A stretch of DNA of 64,000 bases from Felis catus. Lineage: Eukaryota. The stretch lies in assembly GCF_018350175.1 (NCBI RefSeq), contig NC_058368.1:183770001-183834000 (forward strand). Direction: 5' to 3'. Positions 12,957-25,840 of the stretch are shown here, piece by piece (positions within the stretch are counted from its first letter, which is position 1; each line of letters starts with the position of its first letter). The position numbers and the translations under genes were made by a program. The notes under the pieces were generated by a model. It was not told the DNA's origin and did not search any database. It saw only the letters and a program-made list of their open reading frames with translations.

Positions 12957-13976
12957 ATTGTACATGATATTTAGAAACACCCCTTCTCCCTAACACAAGA
13001 TAACAGTAGCCACCTACCAACCTGTCACGACAACCAAAATGATATCCAGACATTGTCAATTGTCTGCAAGGAGGCAATATCACCCCTATTGAGAACCACT
13101 GATCTTTTTTTAAAGCTAGAGTTATCTTTCTCATTAGATTATTTATTCTACTGCATAAGGAATTCCTTTTAATGGTTATTTTTATTCATCTTTTAAATAA
13201 GCATATTATCAAGAATTTATGGAAATAAGGTTTGGCACAAATTTCTAAAATTACATCATTATACCAGATGATTTAATTTTGCTTCAACCACAAAGAATTA
13301 TTTGTCTCTCAACCTACTGCACTCTTTTATGCTTCTTTGTTTCTGCCTACATTGACTCCTCTACAAGGATTGCCCTTTCCTCCATTTCTACTTAGAAAAT
13401 TACAACAAAACTAATAAAACAAGTTAAAATATCATCCCTGTGATGTTGTTCTTTCACAGATACATAGCATTAAATATTATACATATGTAGGAAATACTTT
13501 CTTCATTTATTTGCTCAAATTTATTTTTTTACTATTTTGAGCTAGAACCAAATTTTGTTATTTTAGAGAATAAAACACATTAACTACAAAATGAAAGCAA
13601 CATTGTTCAACTGTTTACTAGGAAAACAGAATCCATGATCCTGTAAGGAGGAAATCATTCCCATCTATATTTACCACATTTATACTTGCTTAAAGAGAAG
13701 TTCCTCTGATGTCTGTCTGCCCCCTCATAAAGCCTTCAGGCATAGTTTTTCAATTTGGTGTTTCTACTCCCAGAAGCACTTAGTTTCATCTGTACACTTC
13801 AAGATTTCACTTGGCTCTGTCTCTTCCAACTCATTTATAAGCCCATTCAACAGTACCAATCCCTAGTGAACTCAGTAAGTAAAATTCTGTAAAAAGCAAG
13901 AACCACTTTACCTAAAAATGTAACTGATGTCACTAGTGTGCACATTTGCCTTGAACAGCTACTGCATACTTTGGGT

Positions 13977-14152
13977 CAGAACTGTCCAACAGAACTTTCA
14001 ATGATGATGGAAATGTTCTATATTTACACTATTCAGTATGGTAGCCATATGTGGCTAATGAACCCTTGAAATGTGGCTAGTGTGACTGACAAACTAAATT
14101 TTGAATTTTATTTAAATTTTAATTTTAATTTTAAATCAGCCACATACAGCTA
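13977..14152 (+). mobile_element. MER3 hAT-Charlie MITE
   Basis: CTGTCCAACAGAACTTTCAATGATGATGGAAATGTTCTATAT...TTGAAATGTGGCTAGTGTGACTGA matches recalled MER3 consensus. Confidence 0.85.
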
Positions 14153-14289
14153 AAGCATGAAAATGTGGGCTATCACCAAACCGTTTTCCTGAATTTTCAT
14201 AAAAAAAGTAATTTGAGATTTCTATTACTCTTTGTACTTTAATCGAGAGTCCCAGAAGAAGAAAAAAAAAATGTACACTACCTCATCTA

Positions 14290-14400
14290 ATTTTTTTAAG
14301 TTTTTACTTTTAAGTAGGCTCCCTGCCCAACATGGGACTCTACTCACAATGCCATGATCAAGAATCACATTCTGTACCCACTGAGCCAGCCAGGCACCCC
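14290..14400 (-). mobile_element. Short tRNA-derived carnivore SINE
   Basis: CTGAGCCAGCCAGGCACCCC reverse head; no CT tract. Confidence 0.85.
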
Positions 14401-15838
14401 TATATCATTCCATCTCTTATCTTGTACTATCAACCCCAGTTGAAGGTATGAAAAATAAGAAAAGCAGGTCTGAGCAACAAGATACATAATTCAATTCAAA
14501 ACCATCTCGACAAGAATATATTTTTCTCAGTTACTTAGAAGTTAAGAAAACAAGAAAGACAAAGTCTGATTAAACTATATTCATTGATGTATCATACATA
14601 TTTTTCTAAATGATAGGATTTATTGGAGTTATACTAGAAAATCTAAAGAGAAGGCCTTAGTGTTTAACAAAGTTTTGCAGAAAAGAATGTTTTTGACACT
14701 AAGAGGGAAAGAATAACAAAGTCCAATAAGCCCAATGTGATGAGCAGTGAGTACCTGACTGTGGTCTGTAGGAAAAATGCTATGGAGGGTCACAAAATCT
14801 GAGAAGTAACTGCTGACTATAAAAGCCCATGATTTAACAGGACTTAACACAGCCTTTCCAAGCTATGGTGAGGGAAGAAAAATGGCTAAGATGGAACTTG
14901 AGATAGATGGTTCCCGCAGTTATGCTTAACAAAACTAAAATGAAGAGAGAATTACAAAGGGAATGTTTTAATCATGCAGTCAAAAAAAGGGCAAAAAGAT
15001 GAAACTGAAAAAGGAAAATTGAAAAAGCAGAGTACTTTATAAATCAATTATTTCCCACTGCATATTTACTTGTTTTAAGAACACAAATCTGCTAACTGCA
15101 CCATGATGTGTTCTAATTTATCTCTCTTCTACAGTACAATTTCTCCAGCTATGATTTAAAATTTAATTATGCTCTTAATTAGCCATTTCTGCTCAAGAAG
15201 TGATATGCCCCTAGAGTGGCAGAATACAATTATTCATTCAGCAAATTCACATTGAGCATATTCCATGTACTACCAGTGATCCTTGGCCTAGCTCCTTGGA
15301 CTTCCAGCTGGGTGATCATAAAGACCACAGTGGAAGTGTGATGTCAATTGACCATTATGGATGGATAGGAAATAAGGCGAAATGAGTTCCATCAGTGTTA
15401 TCCTGGGAAACTGTCCACCAGGAACATTCAACAAGTATTTATTATTTAATTTTCTAGGAGGATACAACTTTGTTCAACATAACTATTAACCATTTAGAGA
15501 CCAGACTCTAAAATTGCATGTTAATTTGCTGCTTTTTATCCTGTAAGAGAGTTACCAGTTTTTCATCTCACCTAGCTATCTTATTCTAACATTTTCTTGT
15601 CAAGTCCTATGTTTATTTCCTCAAATGCTCTTCAAATTAGCTTCACCATCTTGTTGTTCTCTCATTAATATGTTAAATATTTACCACATGTTCATTTTGC
15701 ATTTATATTAGGTAAGGAATATAATTTTATAGAAATTACAATTTGACAGTAGATACAAGTTAAAAAAAGAGAAAAAAAAAAAAGAGCCAAACAGTCAAGT
15801 AGAGGGAACTGAGTGATAAAATGCAAAATCGGTATATA

Positions 15839-16177
15839 TATTTGATCTTTGAACAATCCTGGATTTAGGGGTGCCAACCTCTCCATGTGGTTGAAGTCCA
15901 CATGTAACTTTTGACTCCCCAAAACTTAACTGCTAATTCCTTCTACTAACAGGAAGCCTTAGCAATAACATAAATGGTCATTTAACACATATTTTATGTA
16001 CATATTATAAACTGTATTCTTACAGTAAAGTAAGCTATAAAAAAGAATGTTATCATGAAAATCATAAGGAATAGAAAATACATGTACAGTATTGTACTGC
16101 ATTACTAAAAAAAAAAAAAAAATCCACATATAAATGGACCTGTGCAGTTCAAACCTGTGTTGTTCAAGAGTCAACTG
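15839..16177 (-). mobile_element. Tigger2-like (TcMar) MITE
   Basis: Terminal inverted repeats TATTTGATCTTTGAACAA (15839) and TTGTTCAAGAGTCAACTG (ending 16177); internal TAACTTTTGACTCCCCCAAAACTTAACT typical of Tigger2. Confidence 0.85.
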
Positions 16178-16269
16178 AATAAAAAAGATCAAGGAAAAGC
16201 CTTTTTTCCCCTCACTAAATCCACCCAGTATCTGCTCTAGGATGATACAAAGAATAGTTTGATGCAGCA

Positions 16270-16685
16270 ACACTGGATAACCTACAGCTGGATGAAGCAA
16301 ACATTTTCTTAAATGTTACAAGAAAGAAGCCAAACACAACAATATATACATTATATCATATATAAAATATGTATATATATATAAAATATATATATTATGT
16401 GCGTGTATCTATATATACACACACATCTATATATGCATATATACATATATGTTTGTGTGTATATATATTGCAAAAAGAGGCAAAGCTAATTAATGTTGTT
16501 AAAGGAAGTGATTATTCTTCCAGAGTGAGAGGCAGTGGCTGAAAGGGAACATAGGGGGACCTGTTTGAATTCTGGTAATGCTCGTTCTGATTACACAGAT
16601 GTGTCCAGTTTATGAAAATTCATCAAGCTTATGATATGTACATTTTTCCAAATGTCAACTATACTCAATAAAAAATAACTGTACT
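16270..16685 (+). mobile_element. Ancient L1ME-like 3'UTR fragment containing a TA/CA microsatellite
   Basis: AAGAAGCCAAACACAA ... GGCAAAGCTAATTAATGTTGTTA ... TTTATGAAAATTCATCAAGCT ... TCAATAAAAA. Confidence 0.65.
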
Positions 16686-19600
16686 TAACCATAAATGTTT
16701 GAAAATGTTCATAATAAAAAGGAATGAATGTGTTTACTCTTTTTAAAAAAGCTCTAAATTTGGTACAACCTCCTCTGTATCATATTGAAATCTATTTCTG
16801 TCACTACATATATGATGACTACATGATCCATAATTTCTTTCACAAGGAATTTTCACCATTAATCCACTATTGTACATGTCTTCCAATAAATATGTCACCT
16901 TCCTTGCATAAACCACACCCAAGATGTGTGACCTTAGAATTACATTTTCAGTTTCTTCAAAATGTCACAAGTGAAACCTAAAGATATCTGACTAGAAATA
17001 TAAATGAAGAATCTTTCTAATTTTCTGTGATTTTTCTCCCAATATTTTACAGCTACGTTGGCACACCTGATTTGACAGCAATACTTTGGAGACAGGAATC
17101 ACTATCATCTCCCAACTGTGTAACTAGTTTTCAGAGGGAAAAAGTGTTTTTCAACTTATAGTCCTCAATTAATATGTAATTAATTTTTGTAATTATAATA
17201 ATAGCTACTTACATAAATAGACTTAGGTACAACCCTCTCCCAGTAACTGTATTGCTCAACTGTTCATAAAATGGAGGTGCAAAGAGCATTTAGGCTACTA
17301 TCTGTGTGTGAGAAACATGTGACAAGTATCAGGCATATATTTTAGAGAGGAGAATTGAGAGCATGGTCGAATCTGGTAAACTAGTTAAATAGAGATAGGT
17401 TAAGCAGAGATAGATCAAGGACATTTTTGTCATACTGAACTTTTGGTTTTAAGGGCAGAACAGAAACTACATTAAACAGAAATTAAAGTGAGGTTCACAG
17501 TTATATCAAGACCAGATCATGGAAGGTTCTAAATGAGAGGCTACTAAATATGTGTATTATTTTCATTTCATCAAGAAACCAGAGAAGATTTTTGAGCAAG
17601 TAAGTGACATAATAAAATCTTGCTTCAAATAATATCATCTGGAAGTATTATACAAGTTGGAAAAAATAAGAAGTTTTCAGCTTATCCATGCATAAGGTTG
17701 CCCAGATAAGGAAGGATCAGTAGATGTGTCATTAGTGAAAAGGACAGAACTTGGAAACCAAATCTACATATAGTAACACATTATACAAAACATGAAGAAA
17801 AAAAGTGTATTCTCCAAATCCCCAAGGAGTTTTTCTATGAATGAAAGTATCAACAACTAGTCAGCAATTTCTTCAATGATACCGGCCAAATGTGGCAGCT
17901 CACTTAACAGTCTATGTGAAACCAAAAATGCAGATCATGTACTACAAGCTTTTTCAACACTGTGTTTTTTTCTCCATCTTTATAAAACTGAGGTTCTGTC
18001 AAGGAAGTTACTCATGTTTTTATTTCTCCTCCCCAAATATACTATTGGTATGTTACAACTCCTTTTGTAATACATGGCTTTACTCAAGTACAATCTATTA
18101 TTTTCTCATATCTATTAAGGTAGATGGATTATTATTCCTCATTACAAAGAATGGGATGGTGAAAACAATTTTTCTAAAAAAATACTGCTGTGCTTTTCCA
18201 ATGGTTTCAAGTATGTTCCAAGAACAATTAGGCAAACAAAATTCCAGTAGAATTAAAATGGTTCGATGTGTAATATTACCCCATTAATTAAAATGAAACA
18301 CCGAGTTGAGGATAAAGTTTAAAAGAAGTCTCTCAGTGTCAAATAGAAAGCCCTATTTGTTTTACATCTTATAAGGTTGTATGGAGCAAAAGAATAAGTA
18401 GGTAAAATGCCCAACATGAGGGTCAGCTCACATGGGGGTACTACCTAAGTTGAGCTTAAAGATGTTTATATTTCATTACCAAGGTTTGTATTGCCAGTCT
18501 ATTAAACTTTTCTAGAGTTATGTCTGCTCAGGGGACTTTTTTTCAGCAAAATAAAAGTGGTATTTCCAAAGGAATTAATCTTAGTTCCACAAGAAGAGAT
18601 AGAGTGCTAGTTGAGTTTAAGACTCATTTAGAGGGGAGAAATCCAAGTACAGAATGGGAAACCACTGTTCTCAAAGCTTTACATAATAGGGCCTAGGAGT
18701 CTGTGAAAGTGACAACAGAGTATTACTTTTCTTGCTTTCATTGTTATAACAAGAAGTGACTGGTCCCTAACAGTGTGACTCTTCTGAGCTGTCAGGCTTT
18801 CACCTGGACTGAATCATGCTTCCCCAGAGCCCTGTTTTGTAAGCAGAAGCCACTAATGAAAATAACCTTACAGCTGATTGGGGTGCTTATGATTCACTTG
18901 TATCTTCAATGGTACACCCTTAAACAGTACCATGCTGAGATGGGCTCTGCTGTGAGCATTCAGGTGTCATCAATGGATCACTGAGTCAACAGATCATGAC
19001 AGCTCCTTTGGAAAACCCCAAGTCCATGTTAGCATGCTCTGTCCAGGGAGTTAGAGAAAGACTTTAACAGCCCACAGAGTGACTTGAAATAAATTCAGGA
19101 GGAAAAAGGGATGTGTTTCAGTAAAGTCAAAATGATAGATTATCTAAGAGACTATATACCAATCTGAAATAGATAGGGGCCACTGGGGCATGGGAAACTT
19201 ATTTAAAATTACATTTTTCATGTTACAATATCCTTAACATAAACATTATCCTTAACAAGTAAATAAATTTAAAAAACTCTGAGTCAGTTTTCTTATAGAG
19301 GGTTATACTACATAAGCACTTTTATCCCCTTTACTGATTTAGTTTGTTTTAGATTTTGGTCTTCCTCTCTGAGATAGCAAACCTTACACATTTTAATTAT
19401 TTTGGCCTAAGGTCATTTTGTGGACGATATCTCAATGTTTTAGTGCTTCAAATGCATTTTTAAAAATTTATGTATGAAGAGTCTGTGCTAAACCCTCTAA
19501 GGTAGGACTAACATGGAGAGATTCGTCTATTGAATAAATCAATCACACAGAGGCCTCTTGGTATGCCTGAGTGGAAACTTGACATCTTCTACTTTTGTGT

Positions 19601-19747
19601 ATTAAACATAATTTCCATGACTAATATTTGAACATGGGTATATGAAGAGAACAAGAACTAAAGAACTTGATTCAAGCAGTCAGGATAAATTTACTAATTC
19701 TTCTTAACCAATAGACTATTTTCTTATTTAATAATATTATTGGTTTA

Positions 19748-19886
19748 GGAGCACCTGGGTGGCTCAGTAGATTGAGCGTCTGACTTTAGCTCAGGTCATG
19801 ATCTCATGGTTTATGGGTTCGATCCCCTGGTTTATGGGTTTGAGCACCATATCAAGCCTTCTACTGATGCACAGAGCCTGCTTTGG

Positions 19887-19945
<59 letters not shown>

Positions 19946-19995
19946 TTCTCTCACTCTCACTCTCTTTCCTTCTCAAAAATAAACATTAAAATTTT
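19748..19995 (+). mobile_element. Feline SINEC with long (CT)n tract and internal 21-bp duplication
   Basis: Head at 19748; (CT)n about 19889-19943; degenerate TSD TAATATTA(t/c)TGG(t/c)TTA. Confidence 0.95.
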
Positions 19996-20319
19996 TCAGG
20001 TAATATTACTGGCTTAATACTAGCAACCATGAATAATAGCCTGCTTGCCTGCTTCTGAATAACGCTACCAAATTTTTACACATATTGTTTTTATACCCCA
20101 AATGCCATATATACACACACATACACACGCCCTGTATATGTGGCAGTTTCTCCGTGTTATAAATAAGAAAAATCAAAAAAGCATCTTACCTAGCCTCGTA
20201 CTCCTAAGAAGTTCAAGAGCAAGATTTCCAGCCTAGTTTATAACATTGAAGCTTATGAATCTGAATCAGGATTTACAGCAGCTTCGTTTTGTTCCACTCT
20301 CCGGATCGTGGCGTTAAAG

Positions 20320-20487
20320 CAGTGGTTCAAAAATCTGAAGCAGCATCAGAATCACCTGGAGGGCTGGGCCCCACCCCTACTTACTGAGTTTCTGACTCAG
20401 TACACCTTGGTGGTGCCTAAGAATTTGCATTTTAACTAGCTCTCAGGTGATGTTAATACAACTGGACCACACATTGGGAGCACCTGC
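20320..20487 (+). mobile_element. MER5A-like hAT-Charlie MITE
   Basis: CAGTGGTTC...GCATCAGAATCACCTGGAGGGCT...AGAATTTGCATTTTAAC...CAGGTGATG. Confidence 0.85.
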
Positions 20488-20979
20488 CTTAAAGTCATGC
20501 AAAAGGTGGAGTGGATATTAGTGAGTCTCCCTGCCACCTGTTTAGATCAATCAACATATGCCCTTTTTTGAAGCAATGGTTCTCATAATCTTGTCTGTTA
20601 TTGTAAGAGGATGCTGATATTCCTTTGAATAAAAAAAAAGGAAGGAGGTTATGATTCTAGGTTTAAGCAATTCCTTTAAATGTTTTATGGAAAGCTCTTC
20701 AAAACTTTCTGATGGACTATGGTGGGGAATGTGAAGAAAATTGAGAAAATGATATATAGTTATATACACCTGACAAAGTTTTTTTTTAATTACATTTGTT
20801 AGTAAAATAAAATAGCAAGCAGGAATATTTTCCTGGAAATCACAATTTAACAGCAGTCGAAAACTGGAAGTCTTCAGTCTGTGTTGACCTTAAATGCTCA
20901 TCCCTTGGCCATTCTTGTGCATGTTTAGTTTTAAAGTTGCATTTCAGTTAAAAAATTCATCATGATAGCTTTGTGGAAG

Positions 20980-21386
20980 GGTAGTGCCTTAAAACAACAT
21001 AAATTTATTCTCTTACCATTCTGGAGGTCAGATGTTTAAAATCAAAATTTTGGCAGGGCTGTGTTCCTTCTGGAGGAAGGCTGTGCTCCCCTGTTCCTCT
21101 TCTCTTTAGGATAAGCTATTTCCTTGCCACTCTCACCTTCAAAAGGCCACCCACATTCCTTGACTCATGGCTCCTTTCTTCATCTTCAAAGCAATTATCC
21201 GAACCCCCAGTTCCTTTGTGAAATTAACCTTCTCTGTCTTTGACTTCCCCACTTTCTTTTAAGAGGACTTTTTTGATTATCTGGGCTCACCTAGATAATC
21301 CAGGATAATCTCCCTATCTCAACATCTTTAACTGGATCACATCTTTGGGGCTATGGGGGGTAGTGTGCATTATTCAGCATGCCACA
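20980..21386 (-). mobile_element. MLT1 (MaLR) solo LTR
   Basis: CTTAAAACAACATAAATTTATTCTCTTACCATTCTGGAGGTCAGA and GATAATCCAGGATAATCTCCC are antisense MLT1C/D motifs. Confidence 0.85.
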
Positions 21387-22089
21387 GCCATTCACCCTAG
21401 TTGCTTTTCTTAAATATTTTCTCATTTATGTTACCTGCCTGGATCCTATGAGCACTGGAATTTGCAAATCTTGATTTCCAAAGAGAGTGTATCGAGTCTT
21501 CATATTACCGAAACAGCACAACAGCACAGAAGTTGACTATCATATTCACAAACACAAATGGTTTTTAATAAAATATGATTTAAAATTAGCTTTATTCATG
21601 GATACAAGACAAGAAACACATTTGAGATAATATCTTTACCTCATCAAAAAGCCAACAGTTACCGAAAAACACAGCTTCTTTCACTCTCTCACCCACGTGT
21701 TGGAAGGATGGCAAGCACAAGATTTAACACCTGTAGGTCTCACCCTGACAAACTGCAAATTCTCAGAACACAGGTACTATACCATCTTTCCCCTTGTTTT
21801 AACAGAGCACCTCAGAGATACTAAGACTACCATGATTTTTATAACTCCCATCAAGACTTTTAAAAGTTTTATAAGGTAACACAGTAATCTCTTTTTTTTT
21901 TCTTTATCCTCGCTTTTCCCTCTTATTTCTTCTCATCATCACAGTTATAACACCATCAAAGATATAATCTACAGCCATTAATTACTGAACTCTGTCTTTT
22001 CATTTGTCTAGGTATATATATGCAGTTGCTTACTACTACATCAACTTACCTATTTTAATAGACATCTCAAATTTAACCTGTCCAAAACT

Positions 22090-22310
22090 GGAGTGCCTGG
22101 GTGGCTCAGTCAGTTAAATGTCTGACTCTTGATTTCGGCTCAGGGTTTGTGACCTCTGGGTTTGTGAGTTCAAGCCCTTCATAGGGCTCTGCACTGACAC
22201 TGTGGAGCCTGCTTGGGATTCTCTCTCCCTCTCTCTCTGCCCCTCCCCTGCTCTCCCTCTCTCTCTCACTCTGTCTCTCTCAAAAATAAATAACCTAAAA
22301 AAATTTTTTT
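22090..22310 (+). mobile_element. Carnivore SINEC
   Basis: Head, CT tract, tail; degenerate TSD AACC(t/a)GTC(c/g)AAAACTG. Confidence 0.95.
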
Positions 22311-22921
22311 TAACCAGTCGAAAACTGAAATCCCCTCTATATCTCCCAACCCTACTTCTCCTATGCTCCTCCCTTCTAGGTCACAGATAACTACATTCTT
22401 TTAATGGCTAGGCATCCAAAATTCTTCTCTTTTTGCTACTTCACACATATAGTCTGCCAATAAATCTAATTAGCTTGACCTTAAAACACTGTAAAAACTC
22501 CAGAACCTGATCACCTTTCATTTCTCCCAATGCCACAATTGTATACTTAACCACCATTATATCCTATCTTGATAATTACAAGAGCCTCTGTATCCCTTCT
22601 ATCCACCTTAGTCTATGTCAACACAACAGTCAGAGAGGTCCTAGCTGATCACATGTCCAAACATATGTCTCCGGTTCAAACGTTCTAATGATACTCCATT
22701 TTTCTCAAAATAAAAAGGGTAGGTCTTGCAGGGACATACAAGATCTGGCTCTGTTTCTCTCTGGCCTCATCTGCTAGATCTCTCTTCTTTTCTCTGTTCC
22801 AGTTGCACAGGCCTCTTTGATGCTGCCAGAACACTGTCAGACATGTTCCTACTTCTGGGCCTTTGTACTTGTTTACTTCGCAATTTGCTGCTACTGATAG
22901 CTATATGACTTATTCCCTCTC

Positions 22922-23338
22922 TGTTATGGGCTGAATTGTGTCCTCCAAAAATTCATTATGTTGACATCCCAATCCCCAGTACTTTAAAATGTAACCATAT
23001 GCAGAAAACAGATCTTTAGAGAAGTGATTAAGGTTTTAGAGGCCTCTTTTTAGAGGCCAGTAGGGTAGGGCCCTAATCCAATGTGACTGATGCCCTTAAA
23101 AGTAGAGGAAGAGACACCAGGAATATGTGTAATATATGTACACAGAACAAAGGTCTTGTGAGGACACAGCAAAAAGCTGGACATCTGCAAACCAAGGAGA
23201 GAACTCTCAGGAAAAATCAAACCTGATAACCCCTTTATCTTACATGTCTAGGCTCCAGAATTGTAAGAAAATAAATTTATGTTATTTAAGCTACCCAGTC
23301 TGTAGCATTTTGCTACAGCAGCTCTATCAAAATAACAG
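22922..23338 (+). mobile_element. MLT1B-like solo LTR
   Basis: Starts TGTTATGGGCTGAATTGTGTCC; GGGCCCTAATCCAATGTGACTG; AATAAATTTATGTTATTTAAGC; ends AATAACA. Confidence 0.88.
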
Positions 23339-24204
23339 TGTCCCTTTCACTAGGTATTTGATTAAAAGCCATTATTCTCTGTGTGACCTACTCTAAAATT
23401 TCCTACATATTCAAATTCCTTATATCCCATTCCCTGCTTTATTTTACTTTTATCACATATGCAACAAAGTAAGAATTGCATGCCTTTGTATTGTTTATTG
23501 TTTATCCCCTCTATAACATGAGCTCAATAAGGAAAACTATTTTGGCCTTTTATTTCATTATTTTCTAGGTTTTATACTACTGTCCCCTGGAATCCAGAAT
23601 AGCATTATTCATATAACAATACTTCAGAGACTTATTAACTTTGCTGGAGGTATACAAAAATTTAGCAACCAATAGAAAAGAAAAAACACTAAGTAACGGA
23701 AATCTATGCCATGAAAATTGAAATACAGGTGTAACTTAGGTCTTTAACCTTTTGTTGACTATTCTCCAGAGATTCCCATTCTAGAAAAAAAGAGAAAATA
23801 AGCAGATATTTTGAACATGGAGTAATAAAAGTTATGAAGAAAGTAAGACTAGGATGAAGTGAATATGTTGAACGAGGACAGGTGAACACAGTGAATATTA
23901 GGAAGTTAAGCATGGTTCCCTGGAGGAGGATGCTCTAAGAGTATGTAAACCTATTTTGGAAAGAAAATTACTAGGCATTGCCCTAGGGCCTTATTTTTCA
24001 ACCTTTATGTTTTTGCTTCTCTTTTTTTAATATATAAAAGTAAAGAAAGACAGGAATATCCCAGAAAATTTTTCTTAGGGGCTAGATATGGCAGAAATAT
24101 GCCCCATTAGGCTTGGAGTGCTCAAGAATAGTCCAAATGCTTCTAGATCTAGAGGTACTCCATGGCTTAGCTCTATCACTTACCCATCATTTGATTAAAA
24201 AAAA

Positions 24205-24945
24205 AATAACTTGTGGTAAAATACAGACCTTAATCATTTTTAAGTGTACAGTTCAGTAGTATTAATTATATTCATATGTTGTACAGCCATTATTACCATC
24301 TGTCTATAGTACCCTCCTCATCCTGCAAAACTGAAACTTTGTATCCATCAAATAACAATTCTCCATTTCCTCTCTCCCCTAGTCTCTGGTAACTACCATT
24401 CTACTTTCTGTCTCTATGGATTCTATGAGTTTATTTATACACTGAGAAATTCATATAAGTATTTCACTTAGTATAGTGTCCTCAAGGTTCATCTGTATTG
24501 TAGTATATGTAAGAATTCTCTTACTTTTTATGGCTATGTAAGTATGTATATGTGCATGTTGTTTATCCATTCATCTGTTGATGGGCACTTGGGTTGCTTC
24601 CAATTCTTGGCTATTATGAATAATGTTGTTATGAATATGAGAGTACAAATATCTCTCTGAGGCCTTGCTTTCAATTATTTTAGGTATATTCCCAGAAGTG
24701 GAGTTGCTGGATTGTATGGTAATTCATTTTTTTTTAACTTTTTGGGGAATCATCAACCACAGTGATTACAACATCTCACATTCCACCAACAGTGCATAAA
24801 TGTTCCAATTTCTCCACATCTTCCCCAATACCTGTTATTTTATGTTTTTCTTTTCTTTTTTCTTGGTTTCTCTCTTTCTTTTTTTCTTTTTTCCCTTCTT
24901 TCTTTCTTTCTTCCTTCCTTTCCATTTTAATGTGTGTGAGGTGGT
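24205..24945 (-). mobile_element. L1MB-like 3' end
   Basis: ATTTTTAAGTGTACAGTTCAGTAGTATTAA, CTGGTAACTACCATTCTACTTTCTGTCTCTATG, TTTATCCATTCATCTGTTGATGG. Confidence 0.85.
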
Positions 24946-25689
24946 ACTGGTCCTTTGAATCTAAATTGTCTAAATGGTGTAATACTAGTAAAGACACATG
25001 AAATTCCTTTGTGAAATTTAAAGATTCTACTTTGTTCTACGACCTCTTGGGCTCTTCCAGAATTCTTATATATTTGGGTTTTCTCTAAAAAATATTAATT
25101 ACCAAAGTAGACTTATAATTCAATATACAAATAACCAAAGAAAAATGGAAAGAGCCTTTTTCCCTTCCATTCTCTGGCCTCGACTCACAAACACAACTGT
25201 GAAATTTTATAAATTTCAGGGAATAGATAACTTATCAGCTATTTAAATGATTGAGAACATAGAAAAGACCCTAAATATCCAAATTCATTCTATAATGCTA
25301 GCAGGACCCTAAAATACAAACTAAACAGAGATACTATAATCACAAAATTATATAATATCATTTGAATATTGGAGCAAACTATTAGCAAACTGAAATAGCA
25401 ATATATAAAAAAAAATACTTAACTATTAAATTATTCCAAGATGTCTAATCTGTTAATGAAGTATATCACACTAATAGAAGGGGGGGGGGACTTTCTAAAG
25501 TTGAAAAGGCATGTAATAAAATTTACTGCCGCTTCATGATTAAAATTATAAACATTCTTTGGATATTTGGCAAATGGTATCCATCAAAAACATGTTGTGT
25601 TTTTGACTAAGTTCAAACGTTCCCTGAAGAATCTATAAAATGGTTACAGACAGCAATATAAAAGTGAGAACAAGGACTAACATGTATAT

Positions 25690-25840
25690 GTAAGAAACAG
25701 GATTATGCCCTTTGCCTGTATTATCTCTTTTAATCCTCTCAAGAATCCCAGAAACTGGGGGCTATAATTGTTTCGATTTTATAGGTAAAGAAAACTACAC
25801 TCAGAAATTAAACATACCCAGAGTCACAGAGCTGAGCTAG
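25690..25840 (-). mobile_element. MIR fragment
   Basis: TATTATCTCTTTTAATCCTCTCAA...ATTTTATAGGTAAAGAAAACT.CACTCAGAAATTAA core. Confidence 0.7.

Larger units (their letters stand above)
12399..13101 (-). mobile_element. MER20 hAT-Charlie MITE split by nested SINEs
   Basis: Terminus TTGAGAACCACTG and GACAACCAAAATGATATCCAGACATTGTCAA match recalled MER20; halves at 12399-12475 and 12958-13101. Confidence 0.85.
21880..23640 (+). mobile_element. L2 3' fragment interrupted by a SINE and an MLT1 LTR
   Basis: AATAGACATCTCAAATTTAACCTGTCCAAAACTGAA, TCTGCCAATAAATC, GGGCCTTTGTACTTG motifs of L2. Confidence 0.7.

Noticed and set aside
15205..15222. TGCCCCTAGAGTGGCAG as a CTCF site
   Set aside because: Spacing is off by one base relative to the core motif on both strands
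17876..18287. 131-aa ORF and overlapping 64-aa ORF in unique AT-rich sequence
   Set aside because: Non-ATG or weak starts, Phe/Ile/Tyr-rich composition expected from AT-rich non-coding DNA, no recognisable domain
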